NCBI GenBank assembly: GCA_963699545.1
Contig: CAVOUE010000003.1
Location: forward strand, 160,001 to 224,000
Length of the DNA: 64,000 bases
Source of the DNA: Nitrospirota bacterium
GTDB taxonomy: Bacteria; Nitrospirota; Thermodesulfovibrionia; Thermodesulfovibrionales; UBA9159
Reading direction: 5' to 3'
The notes under the pieces are model-generated. The model saw only the letters and a list, made by a program, of their open reading frames with translations, did not search any database and was not told where the DNA came from. The position numbers were made by a program, and so were the translations under genes. Shown piece after piece: positions 39,968-49,820 of this stretch (its first letter is position 1; each line of letters begins with the position of its first letter).

Positions 39968-40219
39968 ATGGGTATGTGGCAGTTGCAGGAGGCAAAGGCT
40001 CGCCTGAGCGAGGTCATTAAAAAGGCAGCGAAAGAAGGCCCGCAGCAGATCACTGTTCATGGGGAACCGACTGCGGTAGTGATTTCCAGTAAGGAGTACG
40101 AGCGGCTCAAGCACCCCAAGGGCAGTTTTGTTGAATTCATGCGGCACTCCCCGCTTTACGGGTTGGAGCTTGACCTCAGGCGCGAGCAAACACTCACGCG
40201 CGCGACAGAAGTGGCATGA
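39968..40219 (+). CDS. Phd/YefM-family antitoxin
   Basis: WQLQEAKARLSEVI..A..EGPQ.ITVHG...AVV; ATGA overlap with the PIN gene. Confidence 0.92.
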   Translation: MGMWQLQEAKARLSEVIKKAAKEGPQQITVHGEPTAVVISSKEYERLKHPKGSFVEFMRHSPLYGLELDLRREQTLTRATEVA

Positions 40220-40626
40220 GTTATCTGCTCGATACCAATATCATATCCGAGACTATCCGCAGTAATCCAAATAAGGCACTCATCTCCTGGCTTGACAAGA
40301 TTCCCGGTGAAGCGCTTTTTGTAAGCGTCCTGTCGCTTGGTGAAATTCGCAAGGGCGTCGAGGCGCTTACCGACAGGAAGAGGCGCGAGAAGCTCCGCAT
40401 CTGGCTGGAGCACGATCTTCCGGCGTGGTTCGAGGGACGGGTGCTTCCGGTTGACCTTGCGGTGGCAGACCGCTGGGGGCGGTTGCTTGCAGATATGCGC
40501 CGGCCGCTACCCACTATTGACAGTCTTCTCGCTGCAACAGCGCTGCATTATGAGTTGAGGCTGGTGACGCGGAATTCAGGGGATTTTGCTTATCCGGGGC
40601 TCGAAGTCATCAACCAGTTTGGATGA
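40216..40626 (+). CDS. vapC: VapC-like PIN-domain toxin
   Basis: YLLDTNIISE, SLGEI, DSLLAATA, LVTRN..DF. Confidence 0.9.
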   Translation: MSYLLDTNIISETIRSNPNKALISWLDKIPGEALFVSVLSLGEIRKGVEALTDRKRREKLRIWLEHDLPAWFEGRVLPVDLAVADRWGRLLADMRRPLPTIDSLLAATALHYELRLVTRNSGDFAYPGLEVINQFG

Positions 40627-40853
40627 CATGCTGCACAGCTTTCGGTCTTTAGCCTGAACAGCTGACTGAAAGAGTCCTTGCTTTAACAGGTATAACGTAA
40701 TATTATTAGGAAAGTTGTTGCGGGAGGGGAATGGAAAATGGGAGAACCTCAGCCTTTAGCCAAAGCCCTGGGTGCAACATTATTGGCTGCAACTTTTCAC
40801 GGGTTGTTGAGGATAGAGGGGGAAGAAACGGGATGTGTCCCTAATATTTTCCA

Positions 40854-41525
40854 CTAATATTTTCCATATTTGCTTTTTGCCTCTGCCTCGTTTTGTGTTG
40901 TCTCTACAGGTTTGAAGTAATAAACTAATCTTTCAGGAGCTTCAGGAGCCCTTGTCCATGTTGATCTATCCTGTACCTCTTGTCTCCATTCAGAAACAAT
41001 TTGACGGGTATTAATATCAATTACAACTGTTCTTGCAATTACGTAGGAACTCCACAGATAAGGAATCCTTGTGCTATCTCCTGAAATTCTCCATTCTTCC
41101 GCAACTTGAAAGATAGTCGTTATGACATGCGTCATTGAGGGATATTTTTCTTTGATCCTTTGCCATAAACGCGAATCTATCATCGAAGGCTCAGCATTAA
41201 TTTTTATTGCTTTTGCGATCAATTCATTTGTCACGGTATCTAATGGGGAGAGCGATGCTCCACGAAGACGTATAAGCGGTCCCTGCATTGTTGTTGGCAC
41301 AGTTTTACGCTGAGTGGGGCCGATACTGCTAAAAGAAGCAACGATGGAATCGGCAAGCCCTATATTTTCCCCTGTATAGTCGTAATCCATACCATAGCCA
41401 TCAATATTCTTAATCTGCAGCATTTGGGCATTTTCTTTTATAGTCTGCCAACTGCCAGGCCCACTAGTTGTAGCACAAGCAAACAAAAAAACTGCGACCA
41501 CAGCAATGACCATTAATTCTTTCAC
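40854..41525 (-). CDS. Hypothetical lipoprotein (AT-rich)
   Basis: Lipobox LFAC; overlaps the upstream gene's stop. Confidence 0.6.
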   Translation of the reverse strand: MKELMVIAVVAVFLFACATTSGPGSWQTIKENAQMLQIKNIDGYGMDYDYTGENIGLADSIVASFSSIGPTQRKTVPTTMQGPLIRLRGASLSPLDTVTNELIAKAIKINAEPSMIDSRLWQRIKEKYPSMTHVITTIFQVAEEWRISGDSTRIPYLWSSYVIARTVVIDINTRQIVSEWRQEVQDRSTWTRAPEAPERLVYYFKPVETTQNEAEAKSKYGKY

Positions 41526-42106
41526 CGGTGCCTCCTTTTGTCATCAATTTCAGAGATTATAAGACTCGCTGCGTTATCTAAAGGCGTGTTGAAAGCATCG
41601 GTAAACCTTGTATTGTCTTGATAAGTAACTTGTATATATATGTTGCGACTATTATCTCTTTCCGACTTAGAAATATTAATTGTGGCAGCTTTGATCTTTA
41701 AATCAACTAATCGGCTTTCAATTGTACTTCTTTCCTCGGCTGTAGCGCCTGTTATGTCAAAAAGCGGTTTTACCCTCTGCTGTTTTCTCTCTGGGCTAAC
41801 AGTTTGCCTAGCTGTTTCATTGTCGGGCATTACTTTAGATGGGACTCTTGCCAGTTTATTGTCTTTCTCTTCAATGCTGTCCTTAGTCGGCGGGGTTGAT
41901 TGCTGAATTACAATATCACGGCCTGACTGATATATGGTAGAACCAGGAGAAGACTTAATTTTGGCATCCTGATCAATTGCATTGCTTGGTGAAAATACGT
42001 ACCAGAGTCCTATTAAAGATGCTATGGATCCCAGGAGGGCTATGATTATATACACTGGGTGTCTCATAATCTTATCCCAAATCGTCTGATTTTCTTTCAT
42101 TTCCAT
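41522..42106 (-). CDS. Hypothetical single-TM protein (AT-rich); start uncertain
   Basis: TM segment IIIALLGSIASLIGLWYVF; the longer ORF start at 42271 falls inside a repeat. Confidence 0.55.
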   Translation of the reverse strand: MEMKENQTIWDKIMRHPVYIIIALLGSIASLIGLWYVFSPSNAIDQDAKIKSSPGSTIYQSGRDIVIQQSTPPTKDSIEEKDNKLARVPSKVMPDNETARQTVSPERKQQRVKPLFDITGATAEERSTIESRLVDLKIKAATINISKSERDNSRNIYIQVTYQDNTRFTDAFNTPLDNAASLIISEIDDKRRHR

Positions 42107-42392
42107 TTTTTTACGTTGTCTGTCTGTCAATGATATAACTCTCTTAAAATACATTGGACTGGTTGCTATCAGATGTTTTTCCCAGTCAGAGCGCGCGGTA
42201 TTCTTGTGAGCTTTAATGAAGCTCAGATCATGGCTGGGATCTTTATAGTAGAGAGGAATAAATAGGGACATATCCCATTTTCTCGACAGCCTTTCCCACG
42301 ATCGCTCAGCTATCAGCGCTCAGCAGTCAGCTATCAGCCAGATAGCCTGAAGGCTGAAGGCATTTAGGTCCCCAATTCCCGGGTTTCCCCTT

Positions 42393-42422
42393 GACGATGT
42401 TGAAATAACAGATTATCATTGA
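42393..42422 (+). pseudogene. higB: 3' relic of a HigB toxin gene (DDVEITDYH*)
   Basis: GAC GAT GTT GAA ATA ACA GAT TAT CAT TGA immediately before higA, matching the DVEIxDYH C-terminus of HigB killer proteins. Confidence 0.7.
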
Positions 42423-42436
42423 AAAGGAGCGATACC

Positions 42437-42745
42437 ATGAGAACATTAAAGAATATACATCCTGGCGAAGTGCTGAAAGAGGAGTTTCTGGTGCCCATGG
42501 GGATATCTGTCTATCGTCTGGCTAAAGAGACAGGCCTTTCGCAGACAAGAATAGGACAGGTCATAAAGGCCGAAAGGAGCATTACAGCAGAAACCGCAGT
42601 GAAGCTGGGCAAGTTTTTCAGTGTCCCCGCGGAATTCTGGATGAACCTCCAGACGCTTTATGACATTGAAGAGGCACGGAAGCGGTATAAGAAGGATATT
42701 GAATCCATTCACACAGTACGTGAACTTCAGCACTCGGCCGCATAG
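42437..42745 (+). CDS. higA: HigA-family antitoxin (XRE HTH)
   Basis: IHPGEVL.EEFL.PMGIS.YRLAK, RSITAETA.KL..FF...EFWMNLQ..YD. Confidence 0.92.
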   Translation: MRTLKNIHPGEVLKEEFLVPMGISVYRLAKETGLSQTRIGQVIKAERSITAETAVKLGKFFSVPAEFWMNLQTLYDIEEARKRYKKDIESIHTVRELQHSAA

Positions 42746-42815
42746 CTCTCACAAAATAAGCTTTAGGGCGGAGTCGCGCGGCCTTATCCTCATCTCCTGA
42801 CTTCCGGCCCTCTGT

Positions 42816-43388
42816 TCACCACCTTCTCGGTTTCGCGAGTATCTCCAGCACCTTCAGCTCAAGGAACCTCTTTGAAGCAGCTGATTTTATCACCACGACC
42901 GTATCCGCGCCGTACCCTGTCCCGGCGACCGCGATCACCTCTTCGTCCTCAGGGACAAGACCGGAGTCCACAGCCATCATCACTATCTCACAGCAGACCT
43001 TCGCCCCTTCTCCGAACCTTCTTAAGGCCTGCGCGATTATCATGGCCGGATAAACGCCGCTGAACTTGGCGTTCAATGACGTTTCTATGGAGTGGGTGAG
43101 GATCGTGCCTACATAGATCTTCGCCCCGTTTGCCCTGATCTTGTCGGCGGTCTCTCCGGACATTTCAGATGTGTTGGGCCCCTTGAAGCCCGCCGAGTGG
43201 GTGACTACGACCATATTCACGCCGCTGTTCCTGAAGGTCTCTGAAAAAAGGAGCCCATTGGAGCCGGTGGTTGACGCCACGACAACATGTCTGTATTTGC
43301 CTTCGTTCAGCCCGGCTTTTACTACCTCGATGCATGCGCCGGTGTTCTCCTTACCCGGTCTTTCAAAATAGACTATCTTTCTTTCCAT
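42816..43388 (-). CDS. Pyruvate-kinase C-terminal-like domain protein (stand-alone)
   Basis: YFERPGKENT, VVVASTTG, VVVTH..GF, LR.FG.G.KVC.EI..MA.DSG, A.AGTG.GADT. Confidence 0.85.
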   Translation of the reverse strand: MERKIVYFERPGKENTGACIEVVKAGLNEGKYRHVVVASTTGSNGLLFSETFRNSGVNMVVVTHSAGFKGPNTSEMSGETADKIRANGAKIYVGTILTHSIETSLNAKFSGVYPAMIIAQALRRFGEGAKVCCEIVMMAVDSGLVPEDEEVIAVAGTGYGADTVVVIKSAASKRFLELKVLEILAKPRRW

Positions 43389-43622
43389 ATCAGACCTCCG
43401 TTCATTTTTTCTGACGCTGTACGTCCTCTTAATCTTACCACTCGCATGATATATTTCTTCACCGGAATTTGAAAAAGGGGACAGGCTATTTTCTTGAGTG
43501 CCGCGTACAAGGAGTAATTTCAGGTGCGCGCCCGTTCTTGATTGGATAGGAAGGAAGGCGGTTTTGCAGCAGTCGCAACGGCATCTCCTTTAATACACCT
43601 CCCAACCTATGTATATGCTTTC

Positions 43623-44126
43623 CTATAACTCCTTGATCAAAACGTCGGCGATCTCCTTGCGGTGCGAAGTTCCGCTTCCCGTACTCGGGTGGCCGATAGC
43701 GAGAACAGCCATGAGTTCCATTTCCAGAGGCAATTCGAGAAACACCCGAACGTTCTCTGCGTTCTTCAGTATCTCTCCCAGCCAGACGGCCCCAAGCCCG
43801 AGGGCGTGCGCCGCAAGCAGCATGTTCTGAATGCATGCTCCCATTGCCTGATGATCTTTGATGTCGTTGTACATCGCCCCTCTGTCAACGAATACGGCAA
43901 TACACGCAGGGGCGGACTCAATGATCGTCCGGTATTTTGTGAACTCTGCCAGTTTTAGACGGGCCGCCCTCTCCCGTACGATAACAAAACGCCACGGCTG
44001 GTTATTCATGCCGGAAGGCGCCCATGTCCCGGCCTTGATGATCTCTATCAGCTGCTCTCGCTCGACCGGCCGGGCGGTATATTTCCTGATGCTCCGCCGG
44101 GTATAGATTCCTTCAAGCAGATCCAT
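43623..44126 (-). CDS. Nitroreductase-family protein
   Basis: RRSIRKY, APSGMNNQPWRFVIV, QNMLLAAHALGLG.VW. Confidence 0.92.
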   Translation of the reverse strand: MDLLEGIYTRRSIRKYTARPVEREQLIEIIKAGTWAPSGMNNQPWRFVIVRERAARLKLAEFTKYRTIIESAPACIAVFVDRGAMYNDIKDHQAMGACIQNMLLAAHALGLGAVWLGEILKNAENVRVFLELPLEMELMAVLAIGHPSTGSGTSHRKEIADVLIKEL

Positions 44127-44326
44127 TATCTTTCACCTCCCATCGGGAATGGCTCCCGGCACCTGAAGTGTTGTGTGATCACCTAAAAGCCTTCCACCTT
44201 CAGGCTATGCACCTGGAGAGTTACTCATAAGGTGATTAATGATAATACGTTATCCTGACTGAAGACAAGAGAGCGGCTTTCCTGGGTATCGGCATCCCCA
44301 GGAACCACTTATGTTATATTCTAATT

Positions 44327-45308
44327 ATGCCGGCCAATCTTCCGCCCGAATACTTCGAAGCCGAAAAGCGGTTCAAGGAGGCTGCGACCCCGCAGGAGAA
44401 GGCTGTCGCCCTGGAGGAGCTGATATCGACGGTGCCGAAGCACAAGGGCACCGACAAGCTCAGGGCCGATCTGAGAAAAAGGCTTGCACAGCTCCGCGAA
44501 GAGGCCGCCAAGAGGAAGAGATCCGGGAAGGGTGATCTCTACACCATCGAAAAACAGGGCGCCTCGCAGGTCGCCCTTGCAGGCTTCGCCAACTCGGGGA
44601 AATCGTCGATCCTCAAATCCCTGACGAACGCGAATCCCGTTGTCGCCGATTATCCCGTATCTACCGTCACGCCCCTTTCCGGCATGATGCCTTTTGAGGA
44701 CATCCAGTTTCAGCTTGTCGATCTTCCGCCCATCGGGAACGAATCGACCGACGGATGGGTCTCGGGCATCCTCAGGGTCGCCGATGCACTCTTGCTGGTT
44801 GTCGACCTCTCGGAGGACCCGGACATCCAGGCAGAGCTTCTGATCGAACAGTTGGCGAAATGGAGGATCGGGCTCCTGAAGAGGTCGGAGCCGTCCGGGG
44901 AGTGTTCCGGCTGCAAGCCCGCCGTCATTGCCGCCACCAGGTCGGACCACAGCGCCGCCCAGGAGGGGCTGAGGAAACTGAGGTCAACGTATGAGACCCT
45001 TTATCCCGTGGTTCCGGTATCTTCGGCGACGAAGGAGGGTCTTGAGGAGTTGAGAAGGACCCTTTTCGAAATTCCCGCATCATCAGGGTCTATTCGAAAG
45101 AGCCGGGCAAGGAGCCTGACAGGGCCACACCCTTTGTGCTTCCCCTGGGCTCGACCGTTCTCGGACTCTCGCCGAGACGATCCACAGGGATTTTCTGAGC
45201 AACCTCAAATACGCCTGCATCTGGGGATCGGCGAAGTTCGGGGGCCAACGGGTGCAGAAGGACTACGTCCTTCACGACAGGGATATCGTCGAATACCACC
45301 TGAAGTGA
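44327..45308 (+). CDS. DRG/OBG-like GTPase with C-terminal TGS domain; frameshifted in the 3' part
   Basis: MPANLPP, PKHKGTDKL, GFANSGKSS, ADYP, QLVDLPP; TGS end GQRVQKDYVLHDRDIVEYHLK* read in another frame. Confidence 0.85.
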
Positions 45309-45355
45309 TCGGTGCTGCCCTCTCTATCCGGGAAAGAGGGGCTTTGGACCGGGGG

Positions 45356-46873
45356 TCACGTCTGAACCCAATTTTCCCTCTCCATCCTCCTGAAGTGTCT
45401 CTCGAATATCTTCCTGAAATGGAAACCGTAGATGGAAAAGGTCACGGCCATCGGCAGGAGTTTGGGTCTCCTGAAGAGGGACCAGAAGACGAGCCTCCAG
45501 TAGTAGAAACGCTCCTTTCCGAACATCCCCAATATGAACACGGACTTTAATCCGGCCTTCCAATAGCTGTACCGCATCTGCACCACCTTTTTCTGCATGG
45601 GCCGGTAATCCTTCATAAAGCGTTTGACCCTCGTGTAATAATGCTTTGGGGAATAGATGGTCTCTATGATCTGCCTGTACCCGTTGATAAGCTTTTCATA
45701 ACTCATCTTGGGGATGAAGTTCATGGAAAGGTCCGTGTTGTCTCCGGTAGCCGTCTTTAACAGCCTGTTCTCGGTGACCAGCCGCTCGTAGAGTTTTGTG
45801 CCCCGCGGCGCGTTCAGGAGCCCCACCATGGCCGTCACGATCCCGCTCTCCTGTATGAACGTTATCATCTTCTCGAAGATCGAAGCAGGGTCCTGGTCGA
45901 ACCCCACAATAAAACCGGCCTGGACCTCCAGCCCGAAGTCCTGTATCTTTTTAACACTGGCTATAAGGTCACGGTTCCTGTTCTGTGCCTTGGCGCATTC
46001 GATCAGGCTTTCCTCGTGCGGCGTCTCTATGCCGACAAAGACCGTGATGAACTCGGCCTGCGCCATCATCCTCATGAGTTCCTCGTCGTCAGCCAGATTG
46101 ATGGAGGCCTCGGTCGAGAAGTAGAAAGGCCGCTTTCGCTCCGTCCATCCATTGGATAAGCGACGGGAGTATATTATCCTTAAGCTTCTTCTTATTGCCG
46201 ATGAAGTTGTCGTCCACAAAAAAGACCCCCTCCCTCCAGCCGAGGGAGTATATCTTCTCCAGTTCCGCGATCACCTGCCCGGCTGGACTTTGTCCTGGGG
46301 ACCCGGCCGTAGAGCGACGTAATGTTGCAGAATTCACAGTCAAAGGGGCATCCCCTGGAATACTGGATGTTCATGGAGGAATAGTGCCGCATGTCTATCA
46401 GTTCCCATAGGGGAATGGGCGTTTTCGTCATGTCCGCCTTTTCGACGGATGCATAGAGACGTTTCGGCCTTCCCTCCTTTAAATCGTTGAGAAAAGGACT
46501 GCAGCGTTATTTCCGCCTCATTGAGCACCAGGTGGTCCACGTCTCCGAACTCTTCGTGGTCATTGCTGAAAAGGGGCCCGCCGGCCACAACCTTGACCCC
46601 CAGTTCCTGGCATCTGGCGAGCACGGCTTTAACGGATTCCTTCTGGATGGACATGGCGCTGAGAAAGACATAGTCGGCCCACAGGAGGTCCTTGTCCTTA
46701 AGCTTCCGGACATTCATGTCCACAAGTCTTTTGTCCCATTCAGGCGGGAGCATGGCTGCCACGGTCAGCAGGCCGAGGGGCGGATAGGCCGCCTTTTTCG
46801 AAGTGAACTTCAGGGCGTAGGAAAAACTCCAGAACGTATCGGGATATTCAGGATAAACCAGCAGGATATTCAT
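45356..46873 (-). CDS. B12-binding radical SAM protein with DUF4070-like C-terminus, split by frameshifts
   Basis: YPDTFWSF, PPLGLLTVAAMLP, SRGCPFDCEFC, FFVDDNFIGNK, VFVGIETP, GFIVGFD. Confidence 0.88.
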
Positions 46874-47065
46874 AAACAAACTCCTTATGCGCGGACAAAA
46901 CGGTTAATAAAATGAACACGACGATTGGATGGCATGGTGGGGTGAAACAGATGTACGCTGCAATCGCTTCGCTTCAATGTCTTCATAGTATACCATGAAT
47001 GACCAATTTCCCCCAGACTTTTCGCAGCTCTTCACTGGTCTCATCAAAGTTCCTCCGGTGCCGGC

Positions 47066-48118
47066 TCATGGGCCCTCCTTCGGGGGCGAAATCCTTACTG
47101 TTCCCTTTTCCCCAACCCGGCCCTCGACGGAATACCGGTAACCGCGAAAAAGCCCGATGGCCCAGAGATTCGTCAAGAGGTGGTTTGTCACCGTTTCTGC
47201 TGTAAGGGCGGATTCGTGACGCGACAGCGCCAGGTACAGCACTATCTGGTCTGCGAGATGCCTGTCGAGGGCTGCGCCGGACCTGTAGTAACTGATGAGT
47301 TCGCCTGCAGCTTCGTCTCCCACCTCTTCCGCCCTTTTGCCCCGTGCGCCGAGCGCGGAAAAGCCGGCAAGAGAGCTCCCTGACCTGCATTCGAGATAGA
47401 CAAACGTGCCCTGGCCATAGGTCGGAACGTTGATCGTATCAATGACTGTTTTGTCCGCAAGTTCACCGGCTGATGCAGATATCCTTGAGAGAGCGGCTCC
47501 TTGCTGCCTTTCGGCAATGGAGGGCGGAAGACCTCCGACTCCTGAACTCCCGGTCACGCTGCTAACCTCTCCTCTTTCGGTCAGGTCGAGGGAGCTGATC
47601 CTGTCCGCCGGAAAGATATCCGCCCTTATCCTGCCTCCCCCTTTCGGATAAAACCCGTATGTTTCTATCGAGACCTGCACTCTGACACCAAGGCGCTCAA
47701 GGAACGGGACAAAGACGCCTGAAAGGAAATGGAACGGCGGACTGAAGGGCACGTGGGTCCCGCCCGTGAAGGCCACGGAAGACATCCTGCCTGTGAACAG
47801 CAGAGCGGGAAGAACGGTCTGCAGAACGAGTGACGTCGAGCCCGCCGTGCCTATGTCGAATGAATATGTCCCTCCCTGCGGCTCTCCCGGGCTGAAGAAG
47901 AGCTCCGTGGACCCGGGGCTGTCTCCTTCCACTGCGGCCCCTGAAATGAGCCGGGCCGCGCTGACGCAGGTCAGGTGCTGCGGCATAAGGCCGGGTTTCT
48001 TGCGACCTTTCCTGATATGTTGAATCCTGAAGGGTTTTCCGAAGAGGCATGAGAGACCGAGAGCCGTCCTGACTATCTGTCCTCCTCCCTCTCCGTAACT
48101 GCCGTCGATATCGATCAC
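47066..48118 (-). CDS. rtcA: RNA 3'-terminal phosphate cyclase
   Basis: DGSYGEGGGQIVRTAL, PGL..QHL, GTAGS..LVLQ, GGTHV, GFYPKGGG, D.HLADQ, T.HLLTN. Confidence 0.95.
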   Translation of the reverse strand: MIDIDGSYGEGGGQIVRTALGLSCLFGKPFRIQHIRKGRKKPGLMPQHLTCVSAARLISGAAVEGDSPGSTELFFSPGEPQGGTYSFDIGTAGSTSLVLQTVLPALLFTGRMSSVAFTGGTHVPFSPPFHFLSGVFVPFLERLGVRVQVSIETYGFYPKGGGRIRADIFPADRISSLDLTERGEVSSVTGSSGVGGLPPSIAERQQGAALSRISASAGELADKTVIDTINVPTYGQGTFVYLECRSGSSLAGFSALGARGKRAEEVGDEAAGELISYYRSGAALDRHLADQIVLYLALSRHESALTAETVTNHLLTNLWAIGLFRGYRYSVEGRVGEKGTVRISPPKEGP

Positions 48119-48281
48119 AGCACTATCATATCACCGAAACCTCAATTTTCAGCCAATCTTTCTTTTGCTACAACGTATGCAGCCTGAACTGCTGATCGAC
48201 TGCAGAAGACCGAAGAAATGAAGTGAAGGAAGCAACAGCACGCCGGTAAGTATGAAAGGTTCTTTGCGTGCACAACAGTCT

Positions 48282-49190
48282 TTAATCCTTTATGTCCGGC
48301 TCGAAAAAGCAAAAGCGCACCTGTGGGAAAGCCTTCTTCAACTCAGCTTCAACACGGTTGATATCTTCTATCAAACCTGCGGGAGAGACCGTTTCCTGCA
48401 TTCCTACTTTTGCAGCTACCATCAGCTCAGGGCCGAGCTGAAGGGTAATAAGGTTGTACACCTTCAAGACCTCTGGCTGCCCTGAGAGAAACGAGCGGAG
48501 TGCAGTCACTGTTTCAGGGTCCGCGCTTTCCCCAATGAGCAGGCTCTTAACTTCAACACCGACAACTATGGCCACAAGAATCAAAACCACGCCTATCGCA
48601 ATTGTGCCCATGGCATCGAATACCGGATTTGCCGTGACACTCGTGGCGAGCACAGCGACAAGGGCAAGAAAAAGGCCGAGAAGGGCAGCGATATCCTCAC
48701 CTACGACGACGATGAGCTCGCTCTGCCTGCTTTTCTTGAACCATCTTAAGAAAGGGGTTCCGCCCTGTATCTTTTTCACCTCAGCAAGCGCACCCCTCAA
48801 AGAAACAATCTCAAGCAGTATCGAGACCGCGAGAACAGCTACAGCGACCCATGGCGATCTCGGCATCTCAGGGTGCATCAGCTTGTGTACTCCCTCATAG
48901 ACAGAAAAAATGCCACCCATGCTGAAAAGCATCAAGGCCACGATGAATGACCAAAAATATATTGCCTTTCCGTAGCCGAGGGGATGATCTTCAGATGCCG
49001 GGGCCTTTGCCCTCCTCAGACCCACGAGCAGAAGAATCTGGTTTGCGCTGTCTGCAAAAGAATGTATTGCCTCAGCAAGCATCGCCCCCGACCGTGTGAA
49101 CCATGCAGCAAAGCCTTTTGCAATGGCGATCCCGAGGTTCGCGCCCAGAGCATACACTATTGCCTTTACAGAGCCGCCTGAATGAGACAT
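48282..49190 (-). CDS. Cation diffusion facilitator family transporter
   Basis: AEAIHS.AD..NQ.LLL.G, HPLGYG...YFWSF, ED.AAL.GL. Confidence 0.9.
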   Translation of the reverse strand: MSHSGGSVKAIVYALGANLGIAIAKGFAAWFTRSGAMLAEAIHSFADSANQILLLVGLRRAKAPASEDHPLGYGKAIYFWSFIVALMLFSMGGIFSVYEGVHKLMHPEMPRSPWVAVAVLAVSILLEIVSLRGALAEVKKIQGGTPFLRWFKKSRQSELIVVVGEDIAALLGLFLALVAVLATSVTANPVFDAMGTIAIGVVLILVAIVVGVEVKSLLIGESADPETVTALRSFLSGQPEVLKVYNLITLQLGPELMVAAKVGMQETVSPAGLIEDINRVEAELKKAFPQVRFCFFEPDIKD

Positions 49191-49310
49191 GAACTTCTCC
49201 TCTCCCCTTATTTGTCGAATAGTCCTTTCATAGTCTAAAACATTGGAGGATAAAAAAGAGGGGGGAACAAGGGCTGACCCCAAGGGTGAGGGAGGAGCCA
49301 GGAACAGATC

Positions 49311-49350
49311 TTTTTGCAGCCGAAGCGACCAGGCGCTTCGGCTGCAAAAA
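49311..49350. repeat. Perfect 17-bp-arm hairpin
   Basis: TTTTTGCAGCCGAAGCG-ACCAGG-CGCTTCGGCTGCAAAAA; the T-tract precedes the stem, so not a canonical terminator. Confidence 0.7.
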
Positions 49351-49353
49351 GCC

Positions 49354-49617
49354 TTACGTCATAAACAGTGCAAAGTTAGTCTTATCGAAGTAATCGCACT
49401 TCAGGCAACTGCCCGCCTTCTTTGCATATATCCCCTGGACCTCTCCACCGCAGAGCGTTCCCACTTCCGCCCAGCAGCGGCTGCAGATGTTCTCCGTGTC
49501 AGAACACCCCTCAAGGTCCGCATTAACGGTAACGGGACACACACCCAGGTCCTCGGCGTTTCTCCCCCCCGGTTCTCTTCCGCAATTCTTGAACTCCCAG
49601 CAACGAATCTTCTTCAT
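49354..49617 (-). CDS. Small Cys-rich 'two-CW'-type protein
   Basis: CWEFKNCGREPGG....LGVCP, RCW...GTLCGG.VQG..A.K...CLKCDYF. Confidence 0.75.
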   Translation of the reverse strand: MKKIRCWEFKNCGREPGGRNAEDLGVCPVTVNADLEGCSDTENICSRCWAEVGTLCGGEVQGIYAKKAGSCLKCDYFDKTNFALFMT

Positions 49618-49820
49618 ACTGCCTGACTCCTTCACAGCGAGTTACCAGCCAAAAAAGCTGCTTCACAACACAACCATATATAATAATATTTTAGAAAACG
49701 AATCGTCAAGGCGAGCCCGAAGATTCTCTGATTTTCAGCGCGTACCCCGGCGCAGGGCCTTGAAAATCGTCGTCAACGTGATATCATAAAGTATATTGCG
49801 CATCTCTCAACGGGGCGGCA

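Noticed and set aside
42302-42360. CRISPR or functional repeat array (TCAGC heptamers; similar hexamer tract at 14040-14135)
   Set aside because: Short degenerate low-complexity repeats without spacers or cas genes
37256-42745. Integron cassette array
   Set aside because: Small unrelated genes and TA modules are suggestive, but I found no repeated attC (RYYYAAC...GTTRRRY) sites and no integrase
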